NCBI GenBank assembly: GCA_964252035.1
Contig: OZ176203.1
Origin: Podarcis erhardii
Lineage: Eukaryota
DNA: 64,000 nt
Strand: one strand, 5' to 3'
The stretch's first letter is position 1. Every line of letters starts with the position of its first letter. The notes beneath the pieces were generated by a model. It was not told the origin of the DNA. It did not search any database and worked only from the letters and a program-made list of their open reading frames with translations. Below are positions 1 to 13,345 of this stretch, piece by piece. The position numbers and the translations under genes were made by a program.

Positions 1-1012
1 CTGGGGACGGCCGGCGCATCAACTGGGGGGGGGGACTGCTGACCTCCCCCCCAGTGACCCAAATTGAGCAGAGAGCGAGAGTGCCCGACCAACTGCCCAG
101 CGGTGCTCTGGGGCCAGGAAAACCCCGGAGCCAATGCAGCGAGAAGGAGGAGAGGAGGAGAAGGAAGAGAGAGAAAGAGGAAGGAGAAAAAAGAGGGGAG
201 CCCTGACCTTGCCACATCACTGCCGGAGGAGAGGTAGGAGAGCACCGGGAGGGTAAGGACACGTGGCCAAGCCCAGGCCTGAGCCGAGCCTACTCCACGG
301 CGGCTAGCGCTCCAAGAGAGCAAGCCGGGGCTCAGAGGAAGGCTGCATGACAGAGGAGACTACAGAAGAGAAGATATTACTTCTTTAAAAACAAAAACAA
401 AACAAAAACAAAAACCCCAAACTTTTAAAATAAGCTTTTTTTCCCTTTTCAAAAAAAAAAAAGTCTCCCCAGAGATTATTTGAAAAAACAACAACATGGT
501 AACCTTAGGGTAGAATTAAACACATTACTTTCCCATCTGCAGATTCTACCCTGCAAATGTGACCTGCCCCTAGAGAATGAGGGGAGAACAGAATAGCCTG
601 TTCCACTCTGTGACATTTTGACAGAGAATGGAATGTTCCATTCTACCCAAACCTGTGTGAATTGCAGAAGACAAGATTGCTTCTACAGTTCACTGTGGGT
701 GTACACAAATTGGCAGAACTCAGCAGAGCTGAGACCCTTTGCATATACTCGAAGCTATCCAGTATGCTTTTATTTTTGTGGTTTTTTTTGGGGGGGAAGA
801 GGGGCTGTAAAAGACATCACTACCACAACAGATCGTCGGAGTGTTCATTTCAGGAATGTAATGCAGATTACTTCCACAACCTCTTCCACAGTGAAGCCCT
901 TAGATACTGTTAAGATGTGTTGATAAAAACTGCACCAACTGTTTCACTGATGGCCTTGGAACACATGAGGGTTGGGTTAGAGTGTCTAGTCATATGTAAC
1001 TCACCCAGTGCT

Positions 1013-1023
1013 TCTCTCTCCCT

Positions 1024-1084
<61 letters not shown>

Positions 1085-1091
1085 TGTGTGT
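1013..1091. repeat. Compound (CT)n(GT)n microsatellite
   Basis: Directly visible. Confidence 0.95.
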
Positions 1092-2299
1092 TTGCTGATA
1101 CTCACCATGAAGTTGCTGCAGTAAGTGCCACGCTTTGAACATTTGGGGGGTAAGTGCTGGTACTCTGTACTCCTCACCTGGCATGCCACCAGGTCCTTCA
1201 AGGCAGGAATTTGCAAGCAAAATGCTCTTTTCCTTCACAGGGGGCCTCTGTTTATTTCTAGGCTAGGTCCAGAGCTTGCTGCCAAACAGGCGATTTTAAC
1301 TATGTTCTGGAAATTCATTTATGCTCGCTGAAATATAAAGTACCAGCCCAAACTCCAGTGGTAGTAGCATTTTGTTCGACTCTTACTGATGACTGGCAGA
1401 TGAATCTGGGGAATGTATGATTGCAAAGGTTATGCAAAGTTGGAACCCCATGCCTTGCCACAAACAGTAGTTATTCTGCTGGTGTTCTATGTGAAAGGAA
1501 ATAACTGAAACATTGGGAAACAAATTACATATTGTTTCTAGACCTGCTTGGAAACTTTCATATGTTTATATAACAGAGCCATTCTAATTGTGACTGTTTT
1601 GCAAGTGAATGGATGTGGATCAGTGTACCAGGCCATTAGATCTCTTGTCCTTAAAATGCATTCTGTGAAATGAGGTCTGTATCTGTTAATAATGTTTAAC
1701 CTTTCTAAAGTGGCATCTTAGATTAAAACATGGGTGTAATGTGTTGCTTTTTCATATTATTGTACAGTCTGCTTTAGCTGAATACCTGTCAACACTTAGT
1801 GTACTTATCAGATGCATAGCTGTTTTAAATGTAATCTGTAACCATTAGCAGATGCTGCAGCATGCGGCTATATTGGATATCCACCTGTCTCTGGCATGTT
1901 AGGAGCCTGAAAATCCTTTCCCAGCTGAGAAAGTGTGAGCATATGCAAGAGCAATTTCAAAATGTTGCTGCCTCTCGACATAAATATCAGTTTTACTTTA
2001 AGGAACCTTGAATGTTCCCATGAATGCATCTGTTAGTGAAATCTACACAGGACCAAGTTATCTCATCAAATGGCTACAACTTTCCTGATGCTATTGTAAA
2101 TATCCACAAAAGATAATCAACAGGTAAAACCCAAGATGAAATGATATAATGTGCTTTGGTAGAACAGGAAAGATGGAAAGCAGGGCCGAGGAAGAAAAAA
2201 AGGGAAAGGAAAGTGGCTTGTGTATTTAAAACATTGTAGTCTGGACTTGGCTCAGCATGTTGGTCTGTAACATGTAGTCAGCCTTTAATTTAATAACTA

Positions 2300-2547
2300 C
2301 AGTGGCACTTCTACTTACAAATGCGATCCATTTCGGGGTGCCGTTTGCACCCCAAAAAGTCTGTAAGTAGAGTGCCACTACTGCACGTGCGTGAAGCACA
2401 ATAGAGTGCTTCTGCGCATGCGCAAAGCGTGCAGATCGTTTATGAGCATGTGCGCAGGGCGAACCCAGAAGTAAACATTTCCGGGTTTGCCACATTCGTA
2501 ACCTGAAAAGCCACAACGTGAAGCAAACATAACACAAGGTATGGCTG
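2300..2547. mobile_element. Degenerate Tc1/mariner (Tigger-like) MITE
   Basis: Begins TA|CAGTGGCAC and ends AGGTATGGCTG. Internal hairpin AGTGGCACTTCTACTTACA...TGTAAGTAGAGTGCCACT (2301-2379). Same style as the element at 20284. Confidence 0.6.
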
Positions 2548-5500
2548 AAAACTGTATGCTTATTTAGAAACAGAATAAGCAAGAGTGTGGTAGAAATATC
2601 TTAACCTATTTTTACAGTAACAGTAATCTACACTGCTCTTAATTTACATCCATTTAGCTAAATGATTATCTTTTATGCATATTCTCACATATGGAAGAGA
2701 AACATAACCTAGTTTTTACTCAATAGTTGCATTCCCAGTTGCAATGTACCTTAACTCAGAACATTATGATTAAGTGAGGAAATGCATTTTAAGCAATAAA
2801 ATCATAATCTACTTCTGCATCTCCATTTATAATTGCATAAAGACAGAGATATTTCACATAAGCTCTGTTTAAATATGCTTAAGCATACACCCAGCAACCG
2901 AATTCAATATATGTTAACTGAATTCAATATACGGTATATTATCAGCTAATCATTGAACTGTGACATTTCACTTGAGTTTCAGAGTAATATATCTCTTCTT
3001 AGCAGGTAAGTTGATATCAAACAGATTTTGGTTTGCTATGGAATTGCAGAGCATGTGATGTGATCTGTCTGTTGCTTTTCTGGTTGTAAATATTCATGTA
3101 AGTAAGGTGAAAGAGCTGTTAATTGGCCAATGCACCAGTAAACCAGCAGTCAACATGGCAAAGTTGTATTTTGCATTTCCTCCATCTTATATGTCAACTC
3201 TGTATGTTATACTAAAGCAATGAGTTCAGAGAGTGCTACTAGCCTGGCAACAGACCCCATTATTGTTTTAACAAAGTGGCCATTGCGCAAAGGGGTTGTA
3301 TTTCCCAGGAATAAAGACTGAAGGAGACATTTGTATACCTTTCAGCACTATGCTTATGGTATCTCAATAAACATCAAGGCATCTACGTCCAAGCAAACCT
3401 GTGCACATGATATGTAGCAATAGTCTCATAATGGGATTGCAGCTGTCAGGCAGCTTAGCAGGAATGATTTGCCACATTTGCCTTTAACAGGCTACTGAAG
3501 TATTGACAGCGCGGTTGCTTTGTGTCCCATCACAGTTACACATACCATGAGGCGTAAGGATTGAAAATATACCAAGGTGCTGTCTTTATTATTAGCCTAT
3601 TTAGTACTTTGAATCCAAAGGGCTTTTTTGTTCTGTGCCTCCTCTGTGCTTGGCACTTCAATTTTTACAAATCAGAGAACTGAACAGCTTGCTCCTATGC
3701 ATGTTTATTTCAGCCGCACTTTGCCCAATGAAATTGACTTCCGGCTTGCAATTGTATATGTTCATATGAGTCTAGCTCCAGTGGCAGCCTTTTTGAAGCC
3801 ACCCAGAATCTCCCATATGAATTTGGCCTCTGCCTTATATTCTTCCTACTGAATCTTCCTACTGAAGCAGTCTCAAAGTGGCACCACAGAAGCTGCCTTT
3901 GTGTATTCTGCAGCCCTGATCATGCAGCATTCCAGAACATGTTTCTACACTGTCTTTTCTCAGTGTGTGGATGTTTGGGTCAGGGCCAGGAAGATTTGTG
4001 ACATCAGGAATGACCCCAAAGGCACAGCCCTGCTTCCTCTTAATCACGTGGAGTTGCCGCCATGCAATTAACCTATGAAGGGGGCTACAGTGGGTTGTAG
4101 AACTGATTTCATGATCAAACTATCAGGTGTGTGCCTAAATTCAGTTTGAATTATCAGCTTTTGGCATGGCTAGGTTGATCTTGCTGTACCCAGCACTGGA
4201 AGCTAATTTGCTAATAGGTTTTGATAGGGTCTGGAGAAGCAAAATGAACACCTTTAATATGACATTGTGCATAACAACACTTTTATCAAATCACCATCTC
4301 CAAAGTAATAAGAGATTTGCACCTTTAATGATGCTCTGTTGCTTCATTAACAGATAGCACTGTGTCTTCTCTGGGGAAGGAATAAATCCTTATACTTGTG
4401 TTTAGAAAAATGAGAAAGAGAGAAAGATCAGCATGAAGGTGTTATGAGGACATGGATATCCTCCTCCTAATCCACAGCGATTAGTGGCATATCTGCATTG
4501 ATGCTACTTTGCATAAGAATATCCTTTTGCCCTTGACTTTATCACAGGCTAAACTTAATGGGCCAGGAGCTTTCATTCATTTCAAACTAGGTTACATCCA
4601 CGATGAATTTGGCTCTCAAATACAAGACTGAGTGCTTGGTAATAACATAAAAAACCTGTAATCAGGAGGACTTAACCATTCTGTCCTAGCAGTCAGCAAC
4701 CTCCAGCTACTGTAGCAACATTGTATCAAATAACTATGAAATTCTAGAGGGGTGGGGAGAGTCTTGTTTTCATCATAAATACTGTTCTCAAATTAGTATT
4801 TAATGGATTTGCACAGAGTTTGGTAGCTGCAGCTTGCAATACTAACTTTTGTAGTGCTTTGGTTAAATTGGTAATCAGCCTAAAAACGTCTTAGGACTGA
4901 CCCTTTTTGTGTCTTAGAGAAGTGAATGAAAACTGTATATAGGTGCCTTTGTCTGATGTAATAGGCCTTTCTCTGAGTCTCCTTCCTGTCAGAGATGATG
5001 TGGGCAGTATTTGCAGAGAGTGCCTTGTCAGTCATGGTGCCCTGGTCTGGAGCTCATGTCCTATCTAGCACCAGCTGAAGGTTACTTTGATCAGTGGTGA
5101 GAACCGCTGGTTTGGACAAACCATGCCTATTTTTCCTGGGCCTGACATATATCACATCAGGCATAGACAAGTGCAAGCTGTGGCTAAAGGATGAAGAGTG
5201 GAGAGTAAACTTTGAATGCAAACCTTTGCAGCAATAATGAACACCTTTTGATTTGGCATCAACTTTTGGCTGAAAAGAAGAATTGGGAGGGCATTTGGAG
5301 TGCACTCCTGATTCTTCCCTTATATTCCCTGCCTTGAATTCAAAGGTTCTTCCTTTGCAGAGGCAGCTTCAGTTTAAGTGGTGCCTGCAAAAGGGGGGGG
5401 GGAATGATCACTTGACGGCACATTTAGTGTGTGCTCCTTATTCTTTCCTTTGAAATACAAGTACTATCTCCTGGTGTCATCAGGTGATTGGCAGAATGGC

Positions 5501-6206
5501 AGTTGGGAGGGCCTGTCCAGTTGTCAAAGGGGCCCATGGGGGTGGGTTAGTTCAACATCCATCCTGCTGGCTGGATCTAGTTTTCCATCTGTCATTTAGA
5601 TTGACTCACTTTAGCCTGACCTTACGATGAAATTCTAGCTGCTTTGCTTCCTTGTGTGGCTTCCTTGGTTTTATAATTATTCTAAATTATCCTTTGTATG
5701 GTGCCCTGAGTAAAGATTCTCAACATCAATCAAATAAATAATAAATAAAAGCTCCACATGTTCCTATCAGAATCCTACACAGGCAAGAGATGGAATCAGG
5801 GTGAAAAGGCAAGCAGACTCAGTTCTCTGAGCCCACCCCTGCTTCTGCCTCTCTTGGCTTGGCTCTGTCCCTGCCTTGTCACAGTTCAGCTAGAACTGAC
5901 CCTTCTAGTTTCAGTCAGATTTACTCCGCTATAGCCTGTGAAGAGCAGCAGGGAGCCTAAACCTGTGTCAACCCAATCACGGCCATGGTGGATGATCTGC
6001 ACCTAGAGATGGCTGGGCAAAACTATATCCTGCTCTATTATTAGTTCTTGCAAAAGCTTTTGTTGCTAGTGACAATGAGGTGTTTGTTACTATGGGATTA
6101 GCTGGTGCTTCGGGACCTATCTCTGTTGTATATATGCCTGGCAAACCATTGCTGTATCTTCATGCCTGAAAAAGCGAAAGGAGATGGATTTCTCCAGGTC
6201 GTACAA

Positions 6207-6529
6207 CAGGGGTCAGCAAACTTTTTCAGCAGGAGGCCGGTCCACTGTCCCTCAGACCTTGTGGGGAGCTGGACTATATTTTTGGGGGGTGGGGATGAAC
6301 GAATTCCTATGCCCCACAAATAACCCAGAGATGCATTTTAAATAAAAGCACACATTCTACTCATGTAAAAACACCAGGCAGGCCCCACAAATAAGCCAGA
6401 GATGCATTTTAAATAAAAGGACACATTCTACCCATGTAAAAACATGCTGATTCCCGGACCGTCCGCAGGCCAGATTTAGAAGGCAATTGGGCCAGATCCG
6501 GCCTCCAGGCCTTAGTTTGCCTACCCATG
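6207..6529. mobile_element. hAT-superfamily MITE
   Basis: Termini CAGGGGTCAGCAAACT...AGTTTGCCTACCCATG; 8-bp TSD TCGTACAA/TCATACAA (7/8); internal ~70-bp tandem duplication (6311-6445). Confidence 0.8.
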
Positions 6530-9500
6530 TCATACAATGACAAAAGGCACAGAACCTTTGTCCAAAAAGGGGGGGTGACAAACCCATCATAGGGAAAATC
6601 TTGTTCTAGCCCCACCTCATTGCAGTGTGTACATGATGCACATTATTCCCATGCACAGACAGGTCCCCATTTGTGCAGAGGTTGCATTCTGGGTTATTGC
6701 ACGTGTCAGTGGTCATGCATAAGCCCATTCCAGCCCCACCCCATTCAGGGGCAAAAAGCAGCACACGCAAAGGCGGTTGTGTGTACATTGGTTGCATGCA
6801 AAGTGGTCATTCCCTGTATACAATCATTTCAATGTGTACATGATGCAAATTGTCAAAATGCTCAAAATTGGGCATGGATTCAATGTTTGGTACCATCGAT
6901 GCATTGATGACAGCCTTTAATGAACACCCTTCTCATCTGAATCAGAAGCCACTCTGCTTACTCAGTGCCTTTTCATGGTTGGCAGCAAAATACAAATGGG
7001 ACAACTAAGGTGGTATGTACACAATACTGAGCCAATGGAAATTGTTGTTTTGTATGAGGGATGAGTGCACTTACTATTGCTGAGATGCAGCCCTTTCTGG
7101 TCAGTTAGGTTCATAGACTTGCTTCATAGAACTTTCCAAATGGGGTTTTTGTTCCCTAGAAGCCCCAACACTAAAATCAAATTCCAGAATTCGAAAGTGG
7201 CACAGCAGCACTTTGTGGTCAGCAATCCCTCTATTTACACAAACTTAGCATAACATATCTTGGATTTATTTTCCTAAAATCTGAGATATAGAATTATGGA
7301 TGGTTTGCAAGAAGGCACTATGCAAAGCGCTCAACTCCATAAGGCCCTTATAAATTACGTGAACCTAACCATGTCTCTTGACTGAGAGTTTGCCAATTGA
7401 TGCTAAAGTACAGTCTGTAATGCATTTCACAGTAGGTAAAACTGGGTGGAATACAATGCCATTTCTGTCTTAGAGTTTACATAAAGCTCCTATGTTTATA
7501 TAAACATATGACAAACATACTATTCTGCTCCCATATAAGATTTGGAAAGTCAAACAAAGAAGCTCTGCTTTGCCTTTATGACACAAAAGATATTGTCCAT
7601 AACCCCTTTTAGCTTACCAGCTTCTTTCAAACAACTATAACTTCCCAGATGTACTTTGCATTTTGAAGGCCTTGTTGACATACTGCTAGGGTAATATGTC
7701 ATGCATCATGGATCTTGGCTGGGTTCCTAAAGGCGTTTCATCAAGGGAAGATGACACTGAACCTCATGGATTCTACAGCCCCTTTCTGCATTTATATATT
7801 TAGAAAAAGCTGAGCTGCATATTCAGCTCTTTTGAAAACACATACACTGTAGTCCCTTTGCCAAAAGAACATACGTATCTGTCAGAATTTAAAGCTTTGA
7901 AATACTGCTTTCCTTCTATTTTCTTTCTTGACATGCATTTCCTTGGTTCTTCCATGGCTATTTGTGCTAAGCTAGTGGGAATGAGCGCTGTCAAGAGCTG
8001 CCATGGCTTTTACTTGGTGATTTAAAGATGAGGGACAGTCACTCATCTTCTTGCATCAGGACAAACTTCGGTCTTCCTAAAAACATCATGACTAGAAAAA
8101 GTCTCAAATATAGGTTGCAAAGAACTACGTGAATACCTAGCTTGGTCCTATCTATCCAAATGTCATGAAATTTGCAGCCATTCCCACATCAGACCTCCAC
8201 ATTTCAGACAGATGGGACAACATACCTCCATTTTATAAGCCCCAAATGATATCTGACAATTTCATTGCACTTTCTCTTCCTCCATCCCTAAGAACTCCTT
8301 GTGAGCTGAACACAAAGCTCTAGCCAAGGTAAAGCCATGCAACTAGAAACAAATGACTTGAAATTAAGCAAACTGTCATTTCATTTTATTCACTTTAATT
8401 CCCATTTGTTTCCACTATAAAAGCAACTGAAACAAATGGGGCTTCTTTTCATTTTTCATTCATTTTTTTAATGAATGCAACCTCTAGACCATTGCAGTGA
8501 AATGCACATTCTAATGCAAAATAGTATTGGTTTTGGTTGCCTTGACAATAAGGGTGTATCCCTTGTTCCTACAGCAGCACATTAGCTGCCTACCTAAACC
8601 TGCACCCAAAACATAAAGATGAAATCGCAGTTCCACTATGCATCAAATAAAAATTGCGATTAGACTGCAGTAGGCCAGCACTTCGTCGGTGTTGCAGCCA
8701 AGGTCAGGCTATGACTCTTTATGCCTGGTGCTGCCACCACCACCCCTTTAACACAGATGTCAGTGTTTGAACTTGGGCCTTTCTGCATGCAAAGGATCTG
8801 CCCTGCCCCAGAGCTATGGCCCCTACCATCGCCAAAGTCACTGTCAAGAAGCAATGCTAGGGATGCCTGAAACACTGTGTCAAGGTCTATAGAATTTAAT
8901 CCCAGCTCATTTCCAGTAACCGTTCCAAGTCTTTAATTTGAAAAGGATGACTAACAGATTTCCAACGAGTCTTTTTTGGAGGGGCCAGCACTGCAGAAAC
9001 TTGGTTTTAATTTAAAGGATGCCCCTGTCAATGCAAAGTGGCTGTTAATTACTCTCCATATTTTATTCATGGTCCCTTTAGAGACTCTTTATATGAAGGC
9101 AATCTAAAGAAAACATAAATGAGAACCTTGCATAGCATTTTTTCATCAGCTGCGGTGTTTTCTCCTGTCATTTCAGCATTGCAAATCTTTTGGATCTCAA
9201 GCGTGCATAGGAATGCCTGTAGCGAGAAGAGGAACAGAGTCAATTATAAATAAATATAGGCAGCTGGGAGCATTTTTCGATAAGCAACAATAATTTTAAG
9301 AAATCTCTACTGCCACAACGTCCCATTTTATTTTATTTTGTCTTTTTGTCTTCTGTTTCCTTGTTTGGAGGTGAGCAGGGTGGTGGTGGTAATATATGAA
9401 CCTGAATTACATCTTGTAGATGCTAGTTGTGGGTCACTGGCAATGTTATTTGTTAAGTGTGGGAGAGGTAATATTAGGAATGGGTGGATCAGTTTGGTGC

Positions 9501-10249
9501 TTGATTTGTATTTTTTATTTGTATTAAAAAACTAATAATTTTATGCAAGAGATGCTATCTGTGCATGAACATATACCACCCAGAACACAGAGAGACATAA
9601 TTTTTTAAAAACAATAATAATGGTTGAGGTTATTTATTCATGAGCTACCTCTTTGCCACCAGCAACATACAAAAACTGAAGATCAGGGTAGTTTCTACAA
9701 CAGTGTGATAGAAATATACTTGCATGGTACATAAATGAAGGATTCATCTAGAGCAGTGGGTCTAGAGCAGGTATGGTCATGAGGCCATACCAGGTTGGTT
9801 GCAGCAAAGCTATTGCTGCCATGTTGGATTCCAGCTTAGGCTGACCAGGCCACAGGAGCACTACATGCATGTCAGGACTAGGAAACACTCTTCTGATGAG
9901 ATGCTTATGTTATCCATTTTCACAAGTGCCGCAATGTGGCAGGAGAAAGGCGTGAGACATTTTTAATACTGTTCATATTGTTGGCTAACCACAATATGCT
10001 TTTCTAGTGCTATTAACTATAAATCAAAAGTGAAAATGTGAATGTAGGTCCCATGTTGCAGATTGGGAGTCAGAGACCTCACTCCTGTCCGTAACCATGC
10101 TGCAGCATTCTGCACTAACCAAATAACTCTATTCAAAGCAGATTTCAGAGTTTTCATTTATTCCTTGTCTTTCATCTGCATGTTAATTAGCCAGTTGTTA
10201 GCTTGAAAAATTCAAGCATACTCTGGTAAATTGCCTCATGTAGGATAAG

Positions 10250-10369
10250 AACTAGCATAGTGTAATGGTTAGAGGTTTGACAGTGGAGAGCTGCTTTGAA
10301 ATCTTCACATAGCCATGAAATTCACTGAGTGACCCTATACCAGTTCCTCACCATCTCCCAACATAACTA
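10250..10369 (+). mobile_element. Old tRNA/CORE-type SINE fragment interrupted by a MITE
   Basis: GCATAGTGTAATGGTTAGAG...AGCCATGAAATTCACTGAGTGACC resembles squamate MIR-like SINEs (recognised from memory, degenerate). Confidence 0.4.
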
Positions 10370-10614
10370 CCATATTTTTCGCTCTATAGGACGCACCAGT
10401 CCCGGCGTTCCCGGCGCTCCGGGGGCTTCAGGCGGCTTCAGCAAAAGCAACGCAAAGCTTCCAGAGTGCGGGGGGAGCTCTCCTTCTGTGCTTCAGAGGC
10501 TTCGCGGTGCTATCGCTGAAGCCAAGGAGCCTACATTCGCTCCATAGGACGCACACACATTTCCCTTTCATTTTTGGAGGGGGAAAAATGCGTCCTATAG
10601 AGCGAAAAATACGG
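10370..10614. mobile_element. Tc1/mariner (pogo-like) MITE, short form
   Basis: TIRs CCATATTTTTCGCTCTATAGGACGCA / TGCGTCCTATAGAGCGAAAAATACGG, TA on both sides; same family as 61880-62423. Confidence 0.9.
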
Positions 10615-11829
10615 TAATTCTTGTACAACCATTGTGATGGAAGGGCTGAAGACACCAGGGGTGGCCAGTTCTGGTGTCATTAACCAACATGAACAATGGT
10701 CAGGAATGATGGGAGCTGTCCATAATATCTGGGTAGCACTATGTGGGCTATTGCTAATGTCTTCCCTCCCTAGATAAGGGACAATATTTATTTGCAGTTT
10801 GAGCTTTCTTTGCCTACTCTGAATAGAGGCAGAACTGTGCTGCTAAGAATTTCTTTAGGCAAAACTAAGAGCTTTTTGTAATTCTTGGGGGAAAGTTTGG
10901 AAAGCCAGTTAAATTAAATAAAGATGGTGTTCATAGACTTGGGACAGTTCTTCTACAGAGTGGTGTAGCTTCCCTAAGAACATTTACTTATCTGGGCATA
11001 AATAAAGGATGATTGTGGGAAATTAGAATGTTTTGGAAACCTACGCATTACTCATGAAGATTAATTACAGAGCCTTCTCCCATTGAACTTAGTGCAAAAA
11101 GATCCCGTTGACACTTAGCAAGCAGACTGCGCCCACAGTTGGCTTTGTTTGTCTTGTAATGTCAAATAATCTTTCAGACACTTCATCGACCTAGTATATT
11201 CCAGCCATCATTTATTCGTCTCTCTTGGCTAGACTCAACAGAATCTTCCTGTGAGTGTAGCTGGCCAATATTTTGGAAGACACATCTCCTTGGGGCATGG
11301 TGACCTGTGGTATGGAAAGAATGCAAGCTGAAGTGATATAACCATGGTTTTTATTTACTGTCAAGTTGGTGAGTGGTACAGTGATGTTTGTATTCTTATC
11401 ACCGCGTGCTAACATATATATATTATTGTGAAGCTCACTGGCGTAACAGACATGGTTTCAGCAGAAAGATGAAAATAATGGCTAGAAGTCACTTGCCTGA
11501 ATACACACTTTGACATATGAAGTAAACAATAATTAAGGTAGTACATTTTAGGTAAATGCATTACAATTGGCATGATAGCCTAATTGCAGAGAAGGACTCA
11601 CTTTTGTCTGCTATAACAACTAGGGTTGTCTTCTTGCAGTGATAGTGTCTATACTTTACACACACAGATGCTGTCCCTCCCATTCTGTTCTTCAACTGGT
11701 CACAAAATTATTCAGGATGGTGCGGGGAGCCAAGCAGACTGTGAAGAGCTTCAAATATATATATATTTACACGCCAGCCCAATCTCTTAGTGGTGCAAGA
11801 TTCCAGGGGTACCAGCCATATTTACCAGG

Positions 11830-12140
11830 GTCTGTGCTTCCTTTAAAAATGAGACGCAGTGGAGACTGTAGTGTCTTTATGAAATATGGTTTATTTATAC
11901 ATATATATAACCTGAGCCTAAGACGGAGGGGCTCCAAGAGGGTCCTGTTTCCAAGAGGGTCCTGTTTCTCCCATTACTGCCTCCTTGGATTCACATTGCT
12001 CTGATCCCCCCTTTTCCAGCTTGCAAACTGCTTGCAAAATGCAAGTCTTTTTCCTTCTGCTTACAGCATCACCAGCTGCAATACCAAACTAAAAACTCTG
12101 CTTTTGCCTCTGATATCTGACTCTCAGCTCAGGATGGCTG
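11830..12140 (-). mobile_element. Possible LTR/solo-LTR fragment
   Basis: Minus-strand AATAAA followed by a CA-ending segment; 17-bp tandem duplication CCAAGAGGGTCCTGTTT. Boundaries and TSD not resolved. Confidence 0.3.
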
Positions 12141-12145
12141 GCATA

Positions 12146-13190
12146 TTTTTTTTTCTTCCATCAAACCTTTATTGGCGTCACTTACAAACATTCAGAATAA
12201 ATAGGCCAGTGCGATCTTGTCGCCATTTCAACAGTTCAGTCATTTGCCAAAGAGAAGAAGAGGCGAGCAATCTATTTCACCTCTGTGGGTCTCCAGCAAG
12301 GGCAGGGTCCTGTAGCATACTTTGGCGGCAGAAAATCAAATAGAGGAACTTAGCTACTGTCTTGGTGAGCTCCTGGTCTCTCCCCTGTAATAAGAAGCGT
12401 ATAACCTCTGTCTCATGATTCCATATTGGGATACATAGGTGGTCTAAGAATTGTTGGCAGAGATCATCATACATTTTACATTTAAGGGCCATGTGAGCTA
12501 GAGTTTCCACCAGGTGGGCATCACATGGGCAGATCCTATCTCCTTCTGCCATACCCGCAAACCTACCCCAAAGGAGGTTAGAAGGATTACAACTGAACCT
12601 AGCCAGTGAAAAAGCCCTTCTTTCTTGTGGTTTAAACAAAAATTGTAAATAATAAGGGTTAAATTCCTGCACCCAAGACAGTCGAAAATAAAGAGGGGGA
12701 CATATTTTTCCCGCAGCTGAGATTAGTTCCTGGCGATCTATGTTCCACAGCCTAGTTTTTAACATGGCCTTGGTGACTGAAAAAGCCACAGCAACCAGGA
12801 GATCCTCTGAAAGCCCAAGTTGCTGTCCCTGGGGAAGGAAAGGAGTCTGACAGAATTTCGCATATTCTTTGCCTGCTAATGTCTCATTTAATGGTTCATC
12901 TACCAGGCCATGACTAGGCTTTGTTCCCCTAATAACCCACAATCAACAAGCTATCACCAGGCTGGCCTGGCTTGTATATTAACATAAACTGCATCCAGGG
13001 CTTCAGTGTTTGGCACAATTTCATTGCCCAAACCTTCATTAATTCTAACTTTAATTGGACCCTGGAATTTAGGGTATTTTGCATACCACAAACTCATAAC
13101 AATATACTCAGTAAATGAGCAAAAAAAATGGCTAATGAGGTTCATGGGTAACATTCTTCAGGTCAAGGTCCATATTACCTAGGTCAAAAT
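12146..13190 (-). mobile_element. 5'-truncated non-LTR retrotransposon (ORF2 C-terminal part and 3' tail)
   Basis: ORF 12277-12942 encodes RRAFSLARF...GRF...RICPCD...ETLAHMALKCKMYDDL, a LINE ORF2 C-terminal Cys/His (zf-RVT-like) motif. The minus-strand 3' end is GCCAATAAAGGTTTG followed by an A-rich tail. Clade not determined. Confidence 0.75.
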
Positions 13191-13254
13191 CTATCAGAGG
13201 GTGCATTCCAAAAGTGTGTGGACCAGATCCAAAGGTAAGTGGGGGCATACATGC

Positions 13255-13345
13255 ACACAACACATGCCCTTAAGACACACGCAATCACACAACACACTTA
13301 ACACCACCACACACCCTAAACACACACACACACACACAGTTCACA
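13255..13345. repeat. CA-rich low-complexity tract with (CA)n
   Basis: Directly visible. Confidence 0.8.
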
